The position numbers and the translations under genes were made by a program. The notes below the pieces were generated by a model. The model ran no database searches, was not told the origin of the DNA, and saw only the letters and a list, made by a program, of their open reading frames with translations. This document shows positions 18,226 through 29,055 of a stretch of 62,896 nt of DNA, one piece after another. The stretch comes from Bacteroidia bacterium (lineage in GTDB: Bacteria > Bacteroidota > Bacteroidia > UKL13-3), in NCBI GenBank assembly GCA_034676125.1, contig JAUCCO010000003.1, positions 1-62,896 on the forward strand, given 5' to 3'. The first letter of the stretch is position 1, and each line of letters begins with the position of its first letter.

Positions 18226-18786
18226 TTATTTTACACGCTCTACATAATCTCCTGTGCGGGTATCAACTTTAACTTTATCGCCCACGCTAGTAAATAAAGG
18301 CACACGTACTTCTGCCCCGTTTTCTAAAGTTGCAGGTTTTAATGTATTTGTAGCAGTATCGCCTTTAACGCCCGGCTCGGTATAAGTAACTTCTAAAATT
18401 ACAAAAGTTGGAGGCTCAACACCTATTGGTTCATCACCTTCAAACGAAACTTTAATAATCATTTCTTCTTTTAAGAAACGTGCTTGGTCGCCAAACAAAA
18501 GCTCGCTTACATATATTTGGTCAAATGTTTCAGGATCCATTAAAACAAAGTTGGTTCCATCTTTATATACGTATTGCATTTCTTTAAAATCAACACGAAC
18601 CACATCTATCGATTCGCCTGCTCTGTAGCGATGCTCCATTTGTTTACCACTTTTAACGTTGCGCAGTATAACTTGAAAAAATGCACGTAAATTACCCGGT
18701 GTACGGTGTTGGTATTCCATTACTTGGCACAACTCGTTGTTGTGTCGTATAAACATACCTTTAGATAAATCTCCAGTATTTGCCAT
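18226..18786 (-). CDS. efp: Elongation factor P
   Basis: HRTPGNLRAF loop (Arg-type, typical of Bacteroidota), TEPGVKGDT, KPATLENG and VDTRTGDYVER. Confidence 0.98.
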   Translation of the reverse strand: MANTGDLSKGMFIRHNNELCQVMEYQHRTPGNLRAFFQVILRNVKSGKQMEHRYRAGESIDVVRVDFKEMQYVYKDGTNFVLMDPETFDQIYVSELLFGDQARFLKEEMIIKVSFEGDEPIGVEPPTFVILEVTYTEPGVKGDTATNTLKPATLENGAEVRVPLFTSVGDKVKVDTRTGDYVERVK

Positions 18787-18909
18787 TTTTAGCTTTTTAG
18801 TTTTTAATGATGCAAGTATACATTTTTTTGCAAACAGTTATTTAACGCCTAAATTGATTTATGTTATGCTGTTAAAAACTGATGTAATACCCAATTAATT
18901 ATTCGGTGG

Positions 18910-19296
18910 TTATTTTTCTAATCGTTTAAGCTCAGCACGCAATAACGCAGCTAAATTTATCGACCTACCATTTTTATACTTAATTTGATAAGGTTTACCA
19001 GACATGCTGCTTGTACTGGCTAGTTTATCAATAAATATTTCGGCAGTTTTAATGGCCTTACCTCCTCTTTTCCATTTCATGCGCAAGTGTTCAGCCGCTT
19101 GGCCAGGTGTGTACTCGCTCCCATTTCTAATAAAAACACCATCTTGCTTTGCTATAAATGCAATTAGTGATTCAATTTTTTGATCTTCATTAATTTTTTT
19201 AGGTTGTTGCTGGTAATAAATTGAACCAAATAAATCGGCCTTACTTGGTATAAAACACCATAAAAAAATTGCCATTAAAATTAACTTTAGTCTCAT
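18910..19296 (-). CDS. DUF5329 family exported protein
   Basis: Signal peptide; FIRNGSEY...AAEHLRMK...TAEIFIDKLASTSSMSGKPY. Confidence 0.8.
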   Translation of the reverse strand: MRLKLILMAIFLWCFIPSKADLFGSIYYQQQPKKINEDQKIESLIAFIAKQDGVFIRNGSEYTPGQAAEHLRMKWKRGGKAIKTAEIFIDKLASTSSMSGKPYQIKYKNGRSINLAALLRAELKRLEK

Positions 19297-19355
19297 AATA
19301 AATTGATTGGTTTTTAAGTTTGATTGGTGTTCAAGTATACATAAACTGCGCCAAA

Positions 19356-20477
19356 TTAGTTAATGGTTTCCCACCATCTTTGTGTTGGGTAATGTTTGCC
19401 TAACAAAACAGGTTCACCAATTAATGGTGTGGTATAATATAATTGTAATGCTTGAGCTTTGGCGGTTACCCGAGTTAATGGCTCGTTCCAGGCATGCAGT
19501 GCAAGTGTAAACTTACTATTATGCACTGGCATTAAAACCTTAGCTCTTAAATCTACCGCAGCTTGTGCAGTTTCTTCGGGCATCATGTGTATGTTACGCC
19601 ATGATGTATTGTATTGGCCGCACTCCAATATGGCAATATCAAAACCGCCAAACTTAGCTCCTATTTCTTTAAAATGATTTTCGTAACCACTATCACCGCC
19701 TAAAAACAATTTGTGGGTTGATGTTTGCAATACAAACGAAGACCAAAGTGATTTACCTCTGGCAAATTTCCGACCGCTAAAATGCCTTGCTGGTGTTGCA
19801 GTAAAAGACATATTACTATCAATATTAGCAGATTCCCACCAATCAAGTTCGGTAATTTTATTTGCAGGCACACCCCAATATTCTAAATGCGCACCAACAC
19901 CTAAACTGGTATAAAAATGTTTGGTTTTAGGTATCAGTTTTAAAATTGTTTTATAATCAAGGTGGTCGTAATGATCGTGGGTAATTAACACTGCATCCAA
20001 CTCAGGTAAATCATTAACACCATACACATTACTTCCGTTGTAATTTTTACCTGTAAAACCAACAGGCGAAGCATTACCACTAAAAACTGGATCTACTAAA
20101 ATATGCTTGCCATTTATTTTTATTAGGTATGATGAATGGCCAAACCAAACTATGCGTGGAATGCTATCATCAAGTAGGTTTATGTTAGTAGTAACACTCG
20201 GAATATTTGCACTTGGTTCTCTTCCTTCTACTTTTTTTAAGTAGTCTTTTAATATGCTAAAATAACTTACGCCATCGGCTAACATTGGTGTAGGTGTTAA
20301 GTTTTGAAAAGAACCATTTTTGTAATTAGGCGATTTTTCAATACGGGCCAAACGTGCTCCTTTTGGGTATGTACCAAACTGTTTTTGTTGCATAAATAAA
20401 TAACTTCCACTTGTAAAACTTGCCAATATGGCTAATAGAATAATCATTCGGGGTCTTTTAAAACTCACCTGCAACAA
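19356..20477 (-). CDS. MBL-fold metallo-hydrolase (RomA/NAPE-PLD-like)
   Basis: WFGHSS, LVDPVF, ITHDHYDHLD, PARHFSGR, GGDSGY and PVHNSKF. Confidence 0.9.
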   Translation of the reverse strand: MLQVSFKRPRMIILLAILASFTSGSYLFMQQKQFGTYPKGARLARIEKSPNYKNGSFQNLTPTPMLADGVSYFSILKDYLKKVEGREPSANIPSVTTNINLLDDSIPRIVWFGHSSYLIKINGKHILVDPVFSGNASPVGFTGKNYNGSNVYGVNDLPELDAVLITHDHYDHLDYKTILKLIPKTKHFYTSLGVGAHLEYWGVPANKITELDWWESANIDSNMSFTATPARHFSGRKFARGKSLWSSFVLQTSTHKLFLGGDSGYENHFKEIGAKFGGFDIAILECGQYNTSWRNIHMMPEETAQAAVDLRAKVLMPVHNSKFTLALHAWNEPLTRVTAKAQALQLYYTTPLIGEPVLLGKHYPTQRWWETIN

Positions 20478-20560
20478 TACTTTATTTTATGGTTAGGTTT
20501 ATTGGCAATTCGGTTAATTAATTGGTGTGATAGGTAAAGCGCTATATAAAAGGGATAATT

Positions 20561-20597
20561 AAAAAAACGTCCGCTTTGCATTGCTGCAAAACGGACG
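20561..20597 (-). terminator. Intrinsic terminator after the large T9SS gene
   Basis: CGTCCG(C)TTTGCA/TGCAAA(A)CGGACG stem followed by a 7-nt U tract on the minus strand. Confidence 0.75.
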
Positions 20598-20621
20598 GAA
20601 ACATGAATTGAAAAACTACTA

Positions 20622-23600
20622 CTATTCTACAATTAATTTATATGTTTTATTACCTTGATGCCTTACAAAATAAACTCCACTTTGTAATTCGCTAATGTCT
20701 ATACTGGCTTCAAAACCATTTTCAATTTGGGTTTTAACCAATTTACCTGTAATATCTATTATTGAAATTTCGCCTATAGTTTGTTGTGAAGTTTGTTCAA
20801 TAAACACCACATTTTTTGCAGGATTTGGGAATAAGGTTATGCCTGCTGCATCATTATTATTTGATTGACTTAAGTGAACTACAACTGCATCACTATATGT
20901 ATTTTTACCCGATACATCAACCTGATTTACCCTGTAATAAACCTTATCAATACCCATATTTAAAGCTTGTTTAGCGGCAAAAGCATCAACAAAATTATAG
21001 TTTATGCTAACCTTGCTATTTAGTGCTCCTTTAACTGTTCCTACTTCGGTAAAGGTTTTATTATCGTACGATTTTTCAACCATAAACCTATCATTATTTA
21101 CCTCTGTTGCAGTTGCCCATTTTACATCAATATCTGTATTGTTTGATGCAACATTTGCCTTAATTTCTATAAAGGTTACAGGTAATGAACTTTGGTTAGT
21201 TACAATTAATAAAAACCTATCACCTTGAGATAATCCATTTGACGTAATGTTAAAAGCATAAGTATTATTTAACCTTAAATCAACTATAGAGTTTGTAAAT
21301 AAATCTTTTATTAAAACTGTTTTTGTAGCAGGAATATCATCAAAACTAGATGCTGTTAACACATAACTTTTACTAGGTCCGTTTACAAACAATACAAATG
21401 TATCTGATACGGCAGTAAACTCAGGAATGGTATTAATTTGTACGTAAGATGAACTTAATTTATATCCAAAATTTAAGGTAGAATTGGTTAGTTTTAATGC
21501 ATCTTCCATTTGATCTAATGCCACTGTAGCGCCTGTTCTTACACGCAATAAGGCATAGTCGCTTGTTATAGAATCCATCACTACATTTAGTTTAAACGGA
21601 ATAGCATTACTTGTTTTAAATAAGCTACTTGTTACACCAGCGGTTTTATTATTTTCGTTAAAAGTAATGGTAGGATTAGTGCTAATTGCTTTCACAAAAA
21701 AACCTTGTCCAGATGCGATTGCAGTAACGCCTTCATTAGCCACATAAGCATTTGTTGCTGGATCTAAAACATAAGCAAACGGACTAATATTTGATTTTGA
21801 AACCGAACTCCAATCAATTTGAGAGGGATAAGGATTACCCACTAAATTCCATCCATCATCATCAATATAACCAGTATTGGTATAGGTAATAGTTGGCGAA
21901 AACGAGCCTTTATTTACTGGACCAACAAAATCAATGGTAACCTGGTTTTGTGTTACATAAGGAGCAGTGTACCATTGTGGTGAAGGCAAAGTTCTATCGC
22001 CACGCACAAATACTATTGCACCTTGTGATGGATTTAAAGTTTGGTTGATATTGGTAACCGCTACCCAACCTCTTCCGCCTATTGTACTTTCTCTGTAAGT
22101 ATAAATACTAGCCGAGTTAGGATTTGAAACATCAAAACCATTTGCAGCACCTCCTGAACCTGTTACAAAAATATCATCCTTAATATCGTTAAAAGTAAAC
22201 GAAGATGTATTAGGAGAAATCATTCTATAACGTCTAACAACCGAAGGAACATACCTTTGCGAAACAACATTTCCAATAATATCTGCTGTATTTGCAATGG
22301 CTGCAACACGTGCAGTAGCAGTAGCGTTTGATACCAAGGTTAAATTTCCATTGGCATTTAGTTTACCATTATTTAAATTTAAAGTTCCTACTAAATTTAA
22401 CATATTGCCTACTACTACCGAATCGTTTGTTTTTGTTGACCCAACATTGATTGTTAGATTTTGTAATGCATTGGTAACACCATTGGTTGTTTGATCCATT
22501 TTTAACATACCCATATTGCCACTTCCATTAACAATTATTGATGATGTAGTGCTTCCTTTCACAACACCATCACCACTAATTTTACCATTAATGGTTAGCG
22601 TTTTTCCATTCAATACAATATTTTTATTGCTTTCTGTTAGCTCTAAACTATTAACAGTGATATTGCCTGGTAGAATTGGCATATTAACAGCCGAACCGCT
22701 AATAATAATATTTGCATTACTTGCTGGTATTACACCACCACACCAATTTGCGGTATTATTCCAATTTGTATTGATACCCAACCAAAGCGGAGTAACCGTA
22801 ACCACAGATGATGCAGACATGTAACTTTGGCAACCCGTAGCTTGGCTTTGTGCTACAACTCTATATGCTCCACTAACCCTAACATTTGGAAAATTAATGG
22901 AAGCACCTGTTCCGCTTACAATATCAGACATGGTAGTTTGCGCTTGATATAATTGATATGAAGTACCAACCTCTGAGCCAGAAAGCGTAAACATTACACC
23001 ACTAGATGCTAAACAATATGTTCCTGAACCAGATAGAATATATGGATTAGGAAGTTCTATTTGTTGCAAGGTAGCTGTAATTGAATTGTTAGATTCGTTA
23101 ATATCTTTGGCGGTATTAGCTGTTGCAGTGTAAGTGTAATTACCCGCATTATTTACCATATAGTTTGATGTAATTAGCACTTCTAAACTATTTCCAGCAG
23201 TAATAATTCCACTATTAACCACAACAGTATTAAGGTTTGATTTTACATTTGCAGGACTTAAAACAGAAGCTGTAATAGTAACAGGATTTGATGCTAAATT
23301 AACACTGGCAACACCGTAGTTTTTTAATGCAACTTTTATTGTTGTATTTCCACAATTATTTGTAGTTGGACTCACAAAGTTTTCAATTCCTAAATCAACA
23401 TCATTAATTCTAATATTAAAGGTTAAAGAGGTTGGCGGAGTTGAACCAAAATCATACACACGTATATAATAAGTTTGGCCGATAGTTAAACCTGTAGCAC
23501 GTGCATTTTCAGTTATTCCATTACCATAAGCATTTACACATTGCATAGATGTTAATGAAGCGCATGAACCACTAAACACTTCTACAACTGGATTAAAAGA

Positions 23601-26600
23601 AGCATCGGCACTAACCGAAATATTATGTGCGGTAGATAATGCAGTAAACTTATACCAAACATCATCATCAGCAAAACCAACATTGCCAACCATACTTTGT
23701 GTAGCATTTAAGATAGTTCCTGTAACCGGGGTTGATGAGGTAGGATTGATAGCAATTGCACCTGAACAATTATCGTTAATTGGTGCAGCTGGAATAGTAG
23801 TAAAACTTGATACATAACAAGCCGAAGCTGAACCTGAGCCATTCTTAGGAATAATGGTCCAATAGTATGTTGCATTATTAACCAAACCAGTTGCACTATA
23901 AGTTTTGGCTGTAATACCAGTGGCTACTCTAGCCGAAGTAGAAAGGCTACTAACCAATGATTGATTGGTGCTTAAATAAACCGAATATGAAGTTGGCGAA
24001 CCAGAACCAACGGCCCAAGCTAAACTTAAACTTGTATTTAGGTTAGTTGTTAAAACTTCGGGTGTTAATCCTTGCGCGCAAGATGGTAATGTTGTAGCAG
24101 CGGTTGAGAATGTATAATAAGTACAACCTTCTGATTGACCGTTGGCATTAGATGCAATAACTCTCCAGTAATAAGTAGTAGCTGCTAATAAAGTATTGGC
24201 AGGTAAACTATAAGTTGTTCCTGATAATCCGCGTGCAGCAGGTAAGTTTAAGGTATCTGTAAATAAGGTATTGGTTGATATTTGTAAACTATATGTTTTT
24301 GTACCAATTGAAGGTATTGAAGATGCGCTCCAACTAAATGATTGTGCAGTTGTTTTATTGATATTTGTTGCACCATTTGTTGGTCCGCTTAAGGTTGGGC
24401 ATGATGGTAAAATAGGCATTGCAGAAATTTCAAAACCAGATGTAGGAGTTGCACCATTTGCAGAATGATAAGCCCTTAAAAAATAAGTAGTGCCAACAAC
24501 AGTAGCCACATCAATCATTTCTACACCCGCAGCACCAGTACTACTCACACAACCTTTGTTTACCAAGCTACCACATGTACCAGTAAAATATTGTAATACC
24601 GCATTAAATGCAGAACCACCATCAATAGTTAAGCGCGTAACTGTGCTAGTTGCAACAAATTTAAACCACACATCATCATCAGCAACACCTGGGCTGCTTG
24701 CGGTGCAATTTGTTATGCCTGCTGAGGCAGTTGCATTTGCCGTACTAGCAGATTTGTATGGCACACCAACTGATAATGATATTGCTCCCGAGCAATCGTC
24801 ATTTACTGGAGGGGCAATAATATTATAAATAGAAATTGCAAAATTACCAGAACCTCCAGCACCCGAATTTGCATCATAAACACGTACAAAATAAGTACCT
24901 TCTATTAATGTATCTGTTTCAATGGTTTCTATAAGTCCATTACTTGTAGCATTTGCACAATATAAATTGGTAAGTGTATTGCAATTACCACTAAATAATT
25001 GCACTACTCCATTATAGCTTCCTGATGAACTAATTTTTACACCGTATAAACCAGGTATAACTACAGTAAACTTAAACCACACATCATCATCTGCATTTCC
25101 GGCAATTGATGCAGTACAAACAGGTATTGAATTTGACTTAGTTGCACCTGCTGATGAATAAGTACGACAAAAATCATTCTGCACACCGTTTTGTATTGGC
25201 AATGTAATAGCGGTATTACATTCATCATTAGTTATTGTATTTGCTGCAACCCTAGGTAATACGTCCAAAGAATTTGGGGTAAACATAATAGCACTATAAC
25301 AATCAGGAAGCTCTGAAAGGTTAGTAATATTGGTATTACTATAATTTAGCACATTAGCCAACTGCTGACTGATTAACTGACCAGCCGAAGGTGAGCTTCC
25401 AATGGTGGTAGCACTTAAACCTGAACTGTATGAGTAAGTATAATTTACAGTTCCGTTAAATCCAAACATTTGGCCATATACAAACTCAATTTTATTATCC
25501 TGTTCATATAATTTAACCTGAAAATTAATACTTGGGCCAGCATTACTGTATATTTCCATTTCTGTCCATTCTATGGTTAAAACTTGGTTGCCTTGCTGGC
25601 CTGTTACCAAATATTTTATTGAGTTTTCTAAAAGCGCTAGTTGTGTTTCATTTGGTGAAGAGCTGATGTATCCTTGGCAAACCAAATCTTCCCAAAAGGG
25701 TGCGATTATTTGTTTTTGAGAGCTAAACGAATTGCTATACGAGGCTGATGAAGTTAAATTAAAAGTTATAAATCCATTAATATCTACCTTTAAAGCTGTT
25801 ACATTATTACCTTGATAGTTAAATCCTGTAAAACCTAAGCTTGTTAAATCTAAGGTTTCACTTTTATTATCGTCAGCAGTACGCGAATTCGTGGTCCATA
25901 CAAATTTATTACCTGAGTTAATTATACTATTATAGGTAACATTATTGGTACGAGATATTGAATAACTGAGTGGCATTTCGCCAGTAGTAAACTTCCATGT
26001 ACTAGTACCAGTAGCTTTTAAACTTGCTCCGTTTGTTGAAACTGCTTTCCAATAATAAATTGTAGAAAAATTCAAATCTGATAAATGTAAGTAACTATTT
26101 GTATTTACACCACTAGCAACTAATGCGCTAACTGATTCGTTGTTTACATCTGTTTGATTTGTGCTTAAATAAATATTATAAGCAGATGCGCCACATGCTT
26201 CTGGCCAAGCGAAATTTATACCTAAGGGACTTACACTTGTTTGATTATTGGAAGGTAAACTTGGCGAAGCAACTGCTATAACATCAGCAAAAACTACGGC
26301 ACCAGCAGAATGGTTATAGGCTTTATCTTCATGCACAATTGCATAAACATAATTATTACCAAACGAGTAAGTATTATCAATATAAGTAGTTGAACCAACA
26401 TTTACGGTATCAATAACTGTCCAAGTACCAAAAGTACTTTCTCCATAACCACCAGCTTTGCTATACACAACTTGATCATCTAAAGTAGGTGCTGTTGTAG
26501 TGCAATTACCGGTGTTGCGTAAAATCAAAGTACGCTGCACTCCGCTACCTCCAGTATTATCAGTTCCATTTTGCCAAGTTAAATTAGCACTATTGGTTGA

Positions 26601-27203
26601 ATAATTTACAGCTAAGCTTGTTGGAGCGGTTGGGGCAGTTAAATCAACTGTTGCAGTAGTACTCACATAAGCAATAATATCATCCCAATAAAAATCGCGT
26701 GCAGATGTACCTGAACTTGAATACATATTAAACCGGGGTTTCCAAGAAGCTGTGCTACCTGAAGTATTTTGTACTGACGAAGAAATAAAATAAAAGGTAT
26801 TGGCTTTTGCGGGTGTATATGCACTACCCATATTGCCATTAATTCCCAAAGTAACCTTAGATCTACTCTGTTGTGCAGTAACCAAATAATTGGCCATTAA
26901 AATCAAGTATTGATTGGCAGGTACACTAATGCTGGAGTTGCTTTCAACATAACTAGTAGTTGAAGTTGAAGTATTGTTATTATTGAAAGCATAACTCCCC
27001 GACTTGTTTTTAGTTGAGGAAACTGAACTTGTACCATTCATGTTGGTAGTTGTCCAGCCTGTTGGGGTTGATGAGTTAACCTCAAACCCATAATTATTAA
27101 TTAGGTTGGGTTGAGCTGATAATTGTAGTGTAATGAGTAACCCTACAATTAATGAAATGTTTGATGTACGATTAAGGGGGTGTTTGCACATGATAAATAG
27201 CAT
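20622..27203 (-). CDS. Large T9SS-secreted multidomain adhesin-like protein (2193 aa)
   Basis: Signal peptide ending LSA-Q. CBM-like N-terminus (NLINNYGFE), Fn3-like domains, a NIDO-like domain (INGFITF...IAPFWEDL...FQVKLYE..KIEFVYG) and three NDxC...DDDVW(F/Y)KF repeats. Pre-CTD LPVTF...WATATEVNN; CTD LFPNPAK...LQSGVYFV. Confidence 0.9.
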   Translation of the reverse strand: MLFIMCKHPLNRTSNISLIVGLLITLQLSAQPNLINNYGFEVNSSTPTGWTTTNMNGTSSVSSTKNKSGSYAFNNNNTSTSTTSYVESNSSISVPANQYLILMANYLVTAQQSRSKVTLGINGNMGSAYTPAKANTFYFISSSVQNTSGSTASWKPRFNMYSSSGTSARDFYWDDIIAYVSTTATVDLTAPTAPTSLAVNYSTNSANLTWQNGTDNTGGSGVQRTLILRNTGNCTTTAPTLDDQVVYSKAGGYGESTFGTWTVIDTVNVGSTTYIDNTYSFGNNYVYAIVHEDKAYNHSAGAVVFADVIAVASPSLPSNNQTSVSPLGINFAWPEACGASAYNIYLSTNQTDVNNESVSALVASGVNTNSYLHLSDLNFSTIYYWKAVSTNGASLKATGTSTWKFTTGEMPLSYSISRTNNVTYNSIINSGNKFVWTTNSRTADDNKSETLDLTSLGFTGFNYQGNNVTALKVDINGFITFNLTSSASYSNSFSSQKQIIAPFWEDLVCQGYISSSPNETQLALLENSIKYLVTGQQGNQVLTIEWTEMEIYSNAGPSINFQVKLYEQDNKIEFVYGQMFGFNGTVNYTYSYSSGLSATTIGSSPSAGQLISQQLANVLNYSNTNITNLSELPDCYSAIMFTPNSLDVLPRVAANTITNDECNTAITLPIQNGVQNDFCRTYSSAGATKSNSIPVCTASIAGNADDDVWFKFTVVIPGLYGVKISSSGSYNGVVQLFSGNCNTLTNLYCANATSNGLIETIETDTLIEGTYFVRVYDANSGAGGSGNFAISIYNIIAPPVNDDCSGAISLSVGVPYKSASTANATASAGITNCTASSPGVADDDVWFKFVATSTVTRLTIDGGSAFNAVLQYFTGTCGSLVNKGCVSSTGAAGVEMIDVATVVGTTYFLRAYHSANGATPTSGFEISAMPILPSCPTLSGPTNGATNINKTTAQSFSWSASSIPSIGTKTYSLQISTNTLFTDTLNLPAARGLSGTTYSLPANTLLAATTYYWRVIASNANGQSEGCTYYTFSTAATTLPSCAQGLTPEVLTTNLNTSLSLAWAVGSGSPTSYSVYLSTNQSLVSSLSTSARVATGITAKTYSATGLVNNATYYWTIIPKNGSGSASACYVSSFTTIPAAPINDNCSGAIAINPTSSTPVTGTILNATQSMVGNVGFADDDVWYKFTALSTAHNISVSADASFNPVVEVFSGSCASLTSMQCVNAYGNGITENARATGLTIGQTYYIRVYDFGSTPPTSLTFNIRINDVDLGIENFVSPTTNNCGNTTIKVALKNYGVASVNLASNPVTITASVLSPANVKSNLNTVVVNSGIITAGNSLEVLITSNYMVNNAGNYTYTATANTAKDINESNNSITATLQQIELPNPYILSGSGTYCLASSGVMFTLSGSEVGTSYQLYQAQTTMSDIVSGTGASINFPNVRVSGAYRVVAQSQATGCQSYMSASSVVTVTPLWLGINTNWNNTANWCGGVIPASNANIIISGSAVNMPILPGNITVNSLELTESNKNIVLNGKTLTINGKISGDGVVKGSTTSSIIVNGSGNMGMLKMDQTTNGVTNALQNLTINVGSTKTNDSVVVGNMLNLVGTLNLNNGKLNANGNLTLVSNATATARVAAIANTADIIGNVVSQRYVPSVVRRYRMISPNTSSFTFNDIKDDIFVTGSGGAANGFDVSNPNSASIYTYRESTIGGRGWVAVTNINQTLNPSQGAIVFVRGDRTLPSPQWYTAPYVTQNQVTIDFVGPVNKGSFSPTITYTNTGYIDDDGWNLVGNPYPSQIDWSSVSKSNISPFAYVLDPATNAYVANEGVTAIASGQGFFVKAISTNPTITFNENNKTAGVTSSLFKTSNAIPFKLNVVMDSITSDYALLRVRTGATVALDQMEDALKLTNSTLNFGYKLSSSYVQINTIPEFTAVSDTFVLFVNGPSKSYVLTASSFDDIPATKTVLIKDLFTNSIVDLRLNNTYAFNITSNGLSQGDRFLLIVTNQSSLPVTFIEIKANVASNNTDIDVKWATATEVNNDRFMVEKSYDNKTFTEVGTVKGALNSKVSINYNFVDAFAAKQALNMGIDKVYYRVNQVDVSGKNTYSDAVVVHLSQSNNNDAAGITLFPNPAKNVVFIEQTSQQTIGEISIIDITGKLVKTQIENGFEASIDISELQSGVYFVRHQGNKTYKLIVE

Positions 27204-27498
27204 TTATTAGGTACAAATATATAGTTGTACGAAATTAACAATTACTATACACTTTTATCAGGATGCAATAAACAATTGATTTTCAGGAACAAAAAATTTT
27301 AAAAACCGGAAGTGCAAACTTAAAAACAACCACTTATACGTATTTATGCATATTTATACCAAATGCATGCAACTTAAATATACTGCACAAAACCCGCAAA
27401 CCCAAAATATTGCTATTTGATAATAATTATCCCTTTTCAGAAGCCAAATTATTTTAACAGCCCCAACAATTTCTTTCGGGGTGCTTTCGAATAATGTT

Positions 27499-27623
27499 AT
27501 ACCAATTGTAATTATTTTTTAGTCCAAACTAAAAAATAATTTTACAATGGTAATACCGATGCTACATGAAAATAGTTCAATGAAGCTCAAAACGCAATTG
27601 GACTATATTGAATGTGCTTTCGG
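27499..27623 (+). repeat. Dispersed repeat family 1, copy B
   Basis: 116/125 identical to the reverse complement of 16578-16702. Confidence 0.9.
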
Positions 27624-27696
27624 CATTACAAGCTGCTATAACAATCACGAACGGAATTATTAATAACCGAAAACAACGTTGGTTGAAGAAGATGTG

Positions 27697-27764
27697 CGAC
27701 CCCGCTGGGGTCGAGTGGATGCAAAATGAGGTTTTATTACAGACATTTGAACCCGCTGGGTTCA
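27697..27764. repeat. REP-like hairpin doublet
   Basis: CGACCCC-gct-GGGGTCG (27697-27713) and TGAACCC-gct-GGGTTCA (27748-27764). The core ACCCCGCTGGGGT recurs at 37497. Confidence 0.7.
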
Positions 27765-27826
27765 TTTATTTAATCCAATTATTCCCTAGGCTGAAGCTTA
27801 GGGATATTCAAAAATCAATATAAAAC

Positions 27827-27855
27827 AAAAAAGGCCACCCGTTTGGGTAGCCTTT
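27827..27855 (-). terminator. Intrinsic terminator after rplI
   Basis: Minus strand AGGCTACCC-aaac-GGGTGGCCT followed by a U tract. Confidence 0.8.
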
Positions 27856-27876
27856 AATATGTTAATCAATCAAATA

Positions 27877-28317
27877 TTATTCAGAAACTACTTCTACAGC
27901 AATAGTAACTACTACATCTCTGTGCAAGTTTACGATAGCTTCGTATGTACCTAATAATTTAATATCATCTACTTCAATTTTTCTACGATCAATTTCATAA
28001 CCTAAGTTTTTCAATGATTGAGCCACTTGAAGTGGAGTAATAGAACCAAATATTTTACCATTAGCACCAGCTTTAGTACCAATAGTTAATTTTACTTCTT
28101 TTAGTTTTTCAGATAACACAGTTGCATCTGATTTCAATTTTTCACGCTTACGTGCACCCTGACGGTTATCTTCTTCCATCATTTTGATGTTTGAAGAAGT
28201 AGCCATTACAGCTAAACCACGAGGGAAAAGGTAATTGTTTGCATAACCGTCTTTAACAGTTACCACATCACCTTGTGTACCAAGGTTTTTCAAGTTTTCT
28301 TTTAATATAATTTTCAT
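27877..28317 (-). CDS. rplI: 50S ribosomal protein L9
   Basis: MKIILKE...LG..GDVVTVKDGYANNYLFPRGLA and GKIFGSIT. Confidence 0.98.
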   Translation of the reverse strand: MKIILKENLKNLGTQGDVVTVKDGYANNYLFPRGLAVMATSSNIKMMEEDNRQGARKREKLKSDATVLSEKLKEVKLTIGTKAGANGKIFGSITPLQVAQSLKNLGYEIDRRKIEVDDIKLLGTYEAIVNLHRDVVVTIAVEVVSE

Positions 28318-28342
28318 CTTGATGTTTCTCCTCTTGTTGAAA

Positions 28343-28621
28343 TTATTTTAAACCATCAGCAACGTAAGGTAAAATAGCTAAGTGACGAGCTTTTTTAACT
28401 GCCAATGCAATTTTACGTTGGAATTTCAATGAAGTACCAGTAATTCTACGAGGTAAAATTTTACCTTGCTCATTAATAAACTTCATCAAGAAGTTACCAT
28501 CTTTATAGTCAATATACTTGATACCGTTCTTTTTAAAACGACAGTATTTTTTCCTTAATGGAGTTTCCGGGGTTGTGTTAAACACCATGGCCGGATTGTG
28601 TTGAGTTCTTGGTTTGCTCAT
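28343..28621 (-). CDS. rpsR: 30S ribosomal protein S18
   Basis: KKYCRF...IDYKD...[10 protein letters not shown]...QRK...[13 protein letters not shown]. Confidence 0.98.
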   Translation of the reverse strand: MSKPRTQHNPAMVFNTTPETPLRKKYCRFKKNGIKYIDYKDGNFLMKFINEQGKILPRRITGTSLKFQRKIALAVKKARHLAILPYVADGLK

Positions 28622-28623
28622 AA

Positions 28624-29025
28624 TTACTTTCCTTCTTGTTGTTTTTCTTTTTTGTTTTGATTGAATTCGCCATTACGTTTACGTTGGTTGTAAAGTTGGG
28701 CGTGTTTGTCTAACGATGTTGTTATGAAACGCATAATTCTTTCATCACGTCTGAAGGCCAATTCAAATTTTGCGACAAACTCAGCTGGAGCTTTGTACTC
28801 ATAGATATGGTAAAAACCAGTGGTTTTTTTATCTATGGCATAAGCCAACTTTGTTAAGCCCCAATTTTCTTCATGAACCATCTCTCCACCATTATCGGTA
28901 ATAAAAGTACGATACTTGGCAACAGCATCTTTCAGCTGCTCTTCTGAGAGCACGGGTGTGAAAATAATCACAGATTCATAGTCGTTTAAGACAACTTGCT
29001 CATTAGTTGTTTTTTTAGCTGTCAT
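28624..29025 (-). CDS. rpsF: 30S ribosomal protein S6
   Basis: [25 protein letters not shown] and ERIMRF; first gene of rpsF-rpsR-rplI. Confidence 0.97.
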   Translation of the reverse strand: MTAKKTTNEQVVLNDYESVIIFTPVLSEEQLKDAVAKYRTFITDNGGEMVHEENWGLTKLAYAIDKKTTGFYHIYEYKAPAEFVAKFELAFRRDERIMRFITTSLDKHAQLYNQRKRNGEFNQNKKEKQQEGK

Positions 29026-29055
29026 ATCTTGGGATATATTTATTTAAAATGAGGG

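Noticed and set aside
27559-27662. Small ORF (MLHEN...CAFG) open in both copies of repeat family 1
   Set aside because: Differences between the copies are mostly non-synonymous (S/R, K/R, K/E, T/P, Q/K, E/K), so there is no sign of coding constraint.
27577-27823. ORF-track entries 27577..27765 and 27608..27823
   Set aside because: They run across repeat family 1 and REP-like hairpins and have no protein-like features; probably spurious.
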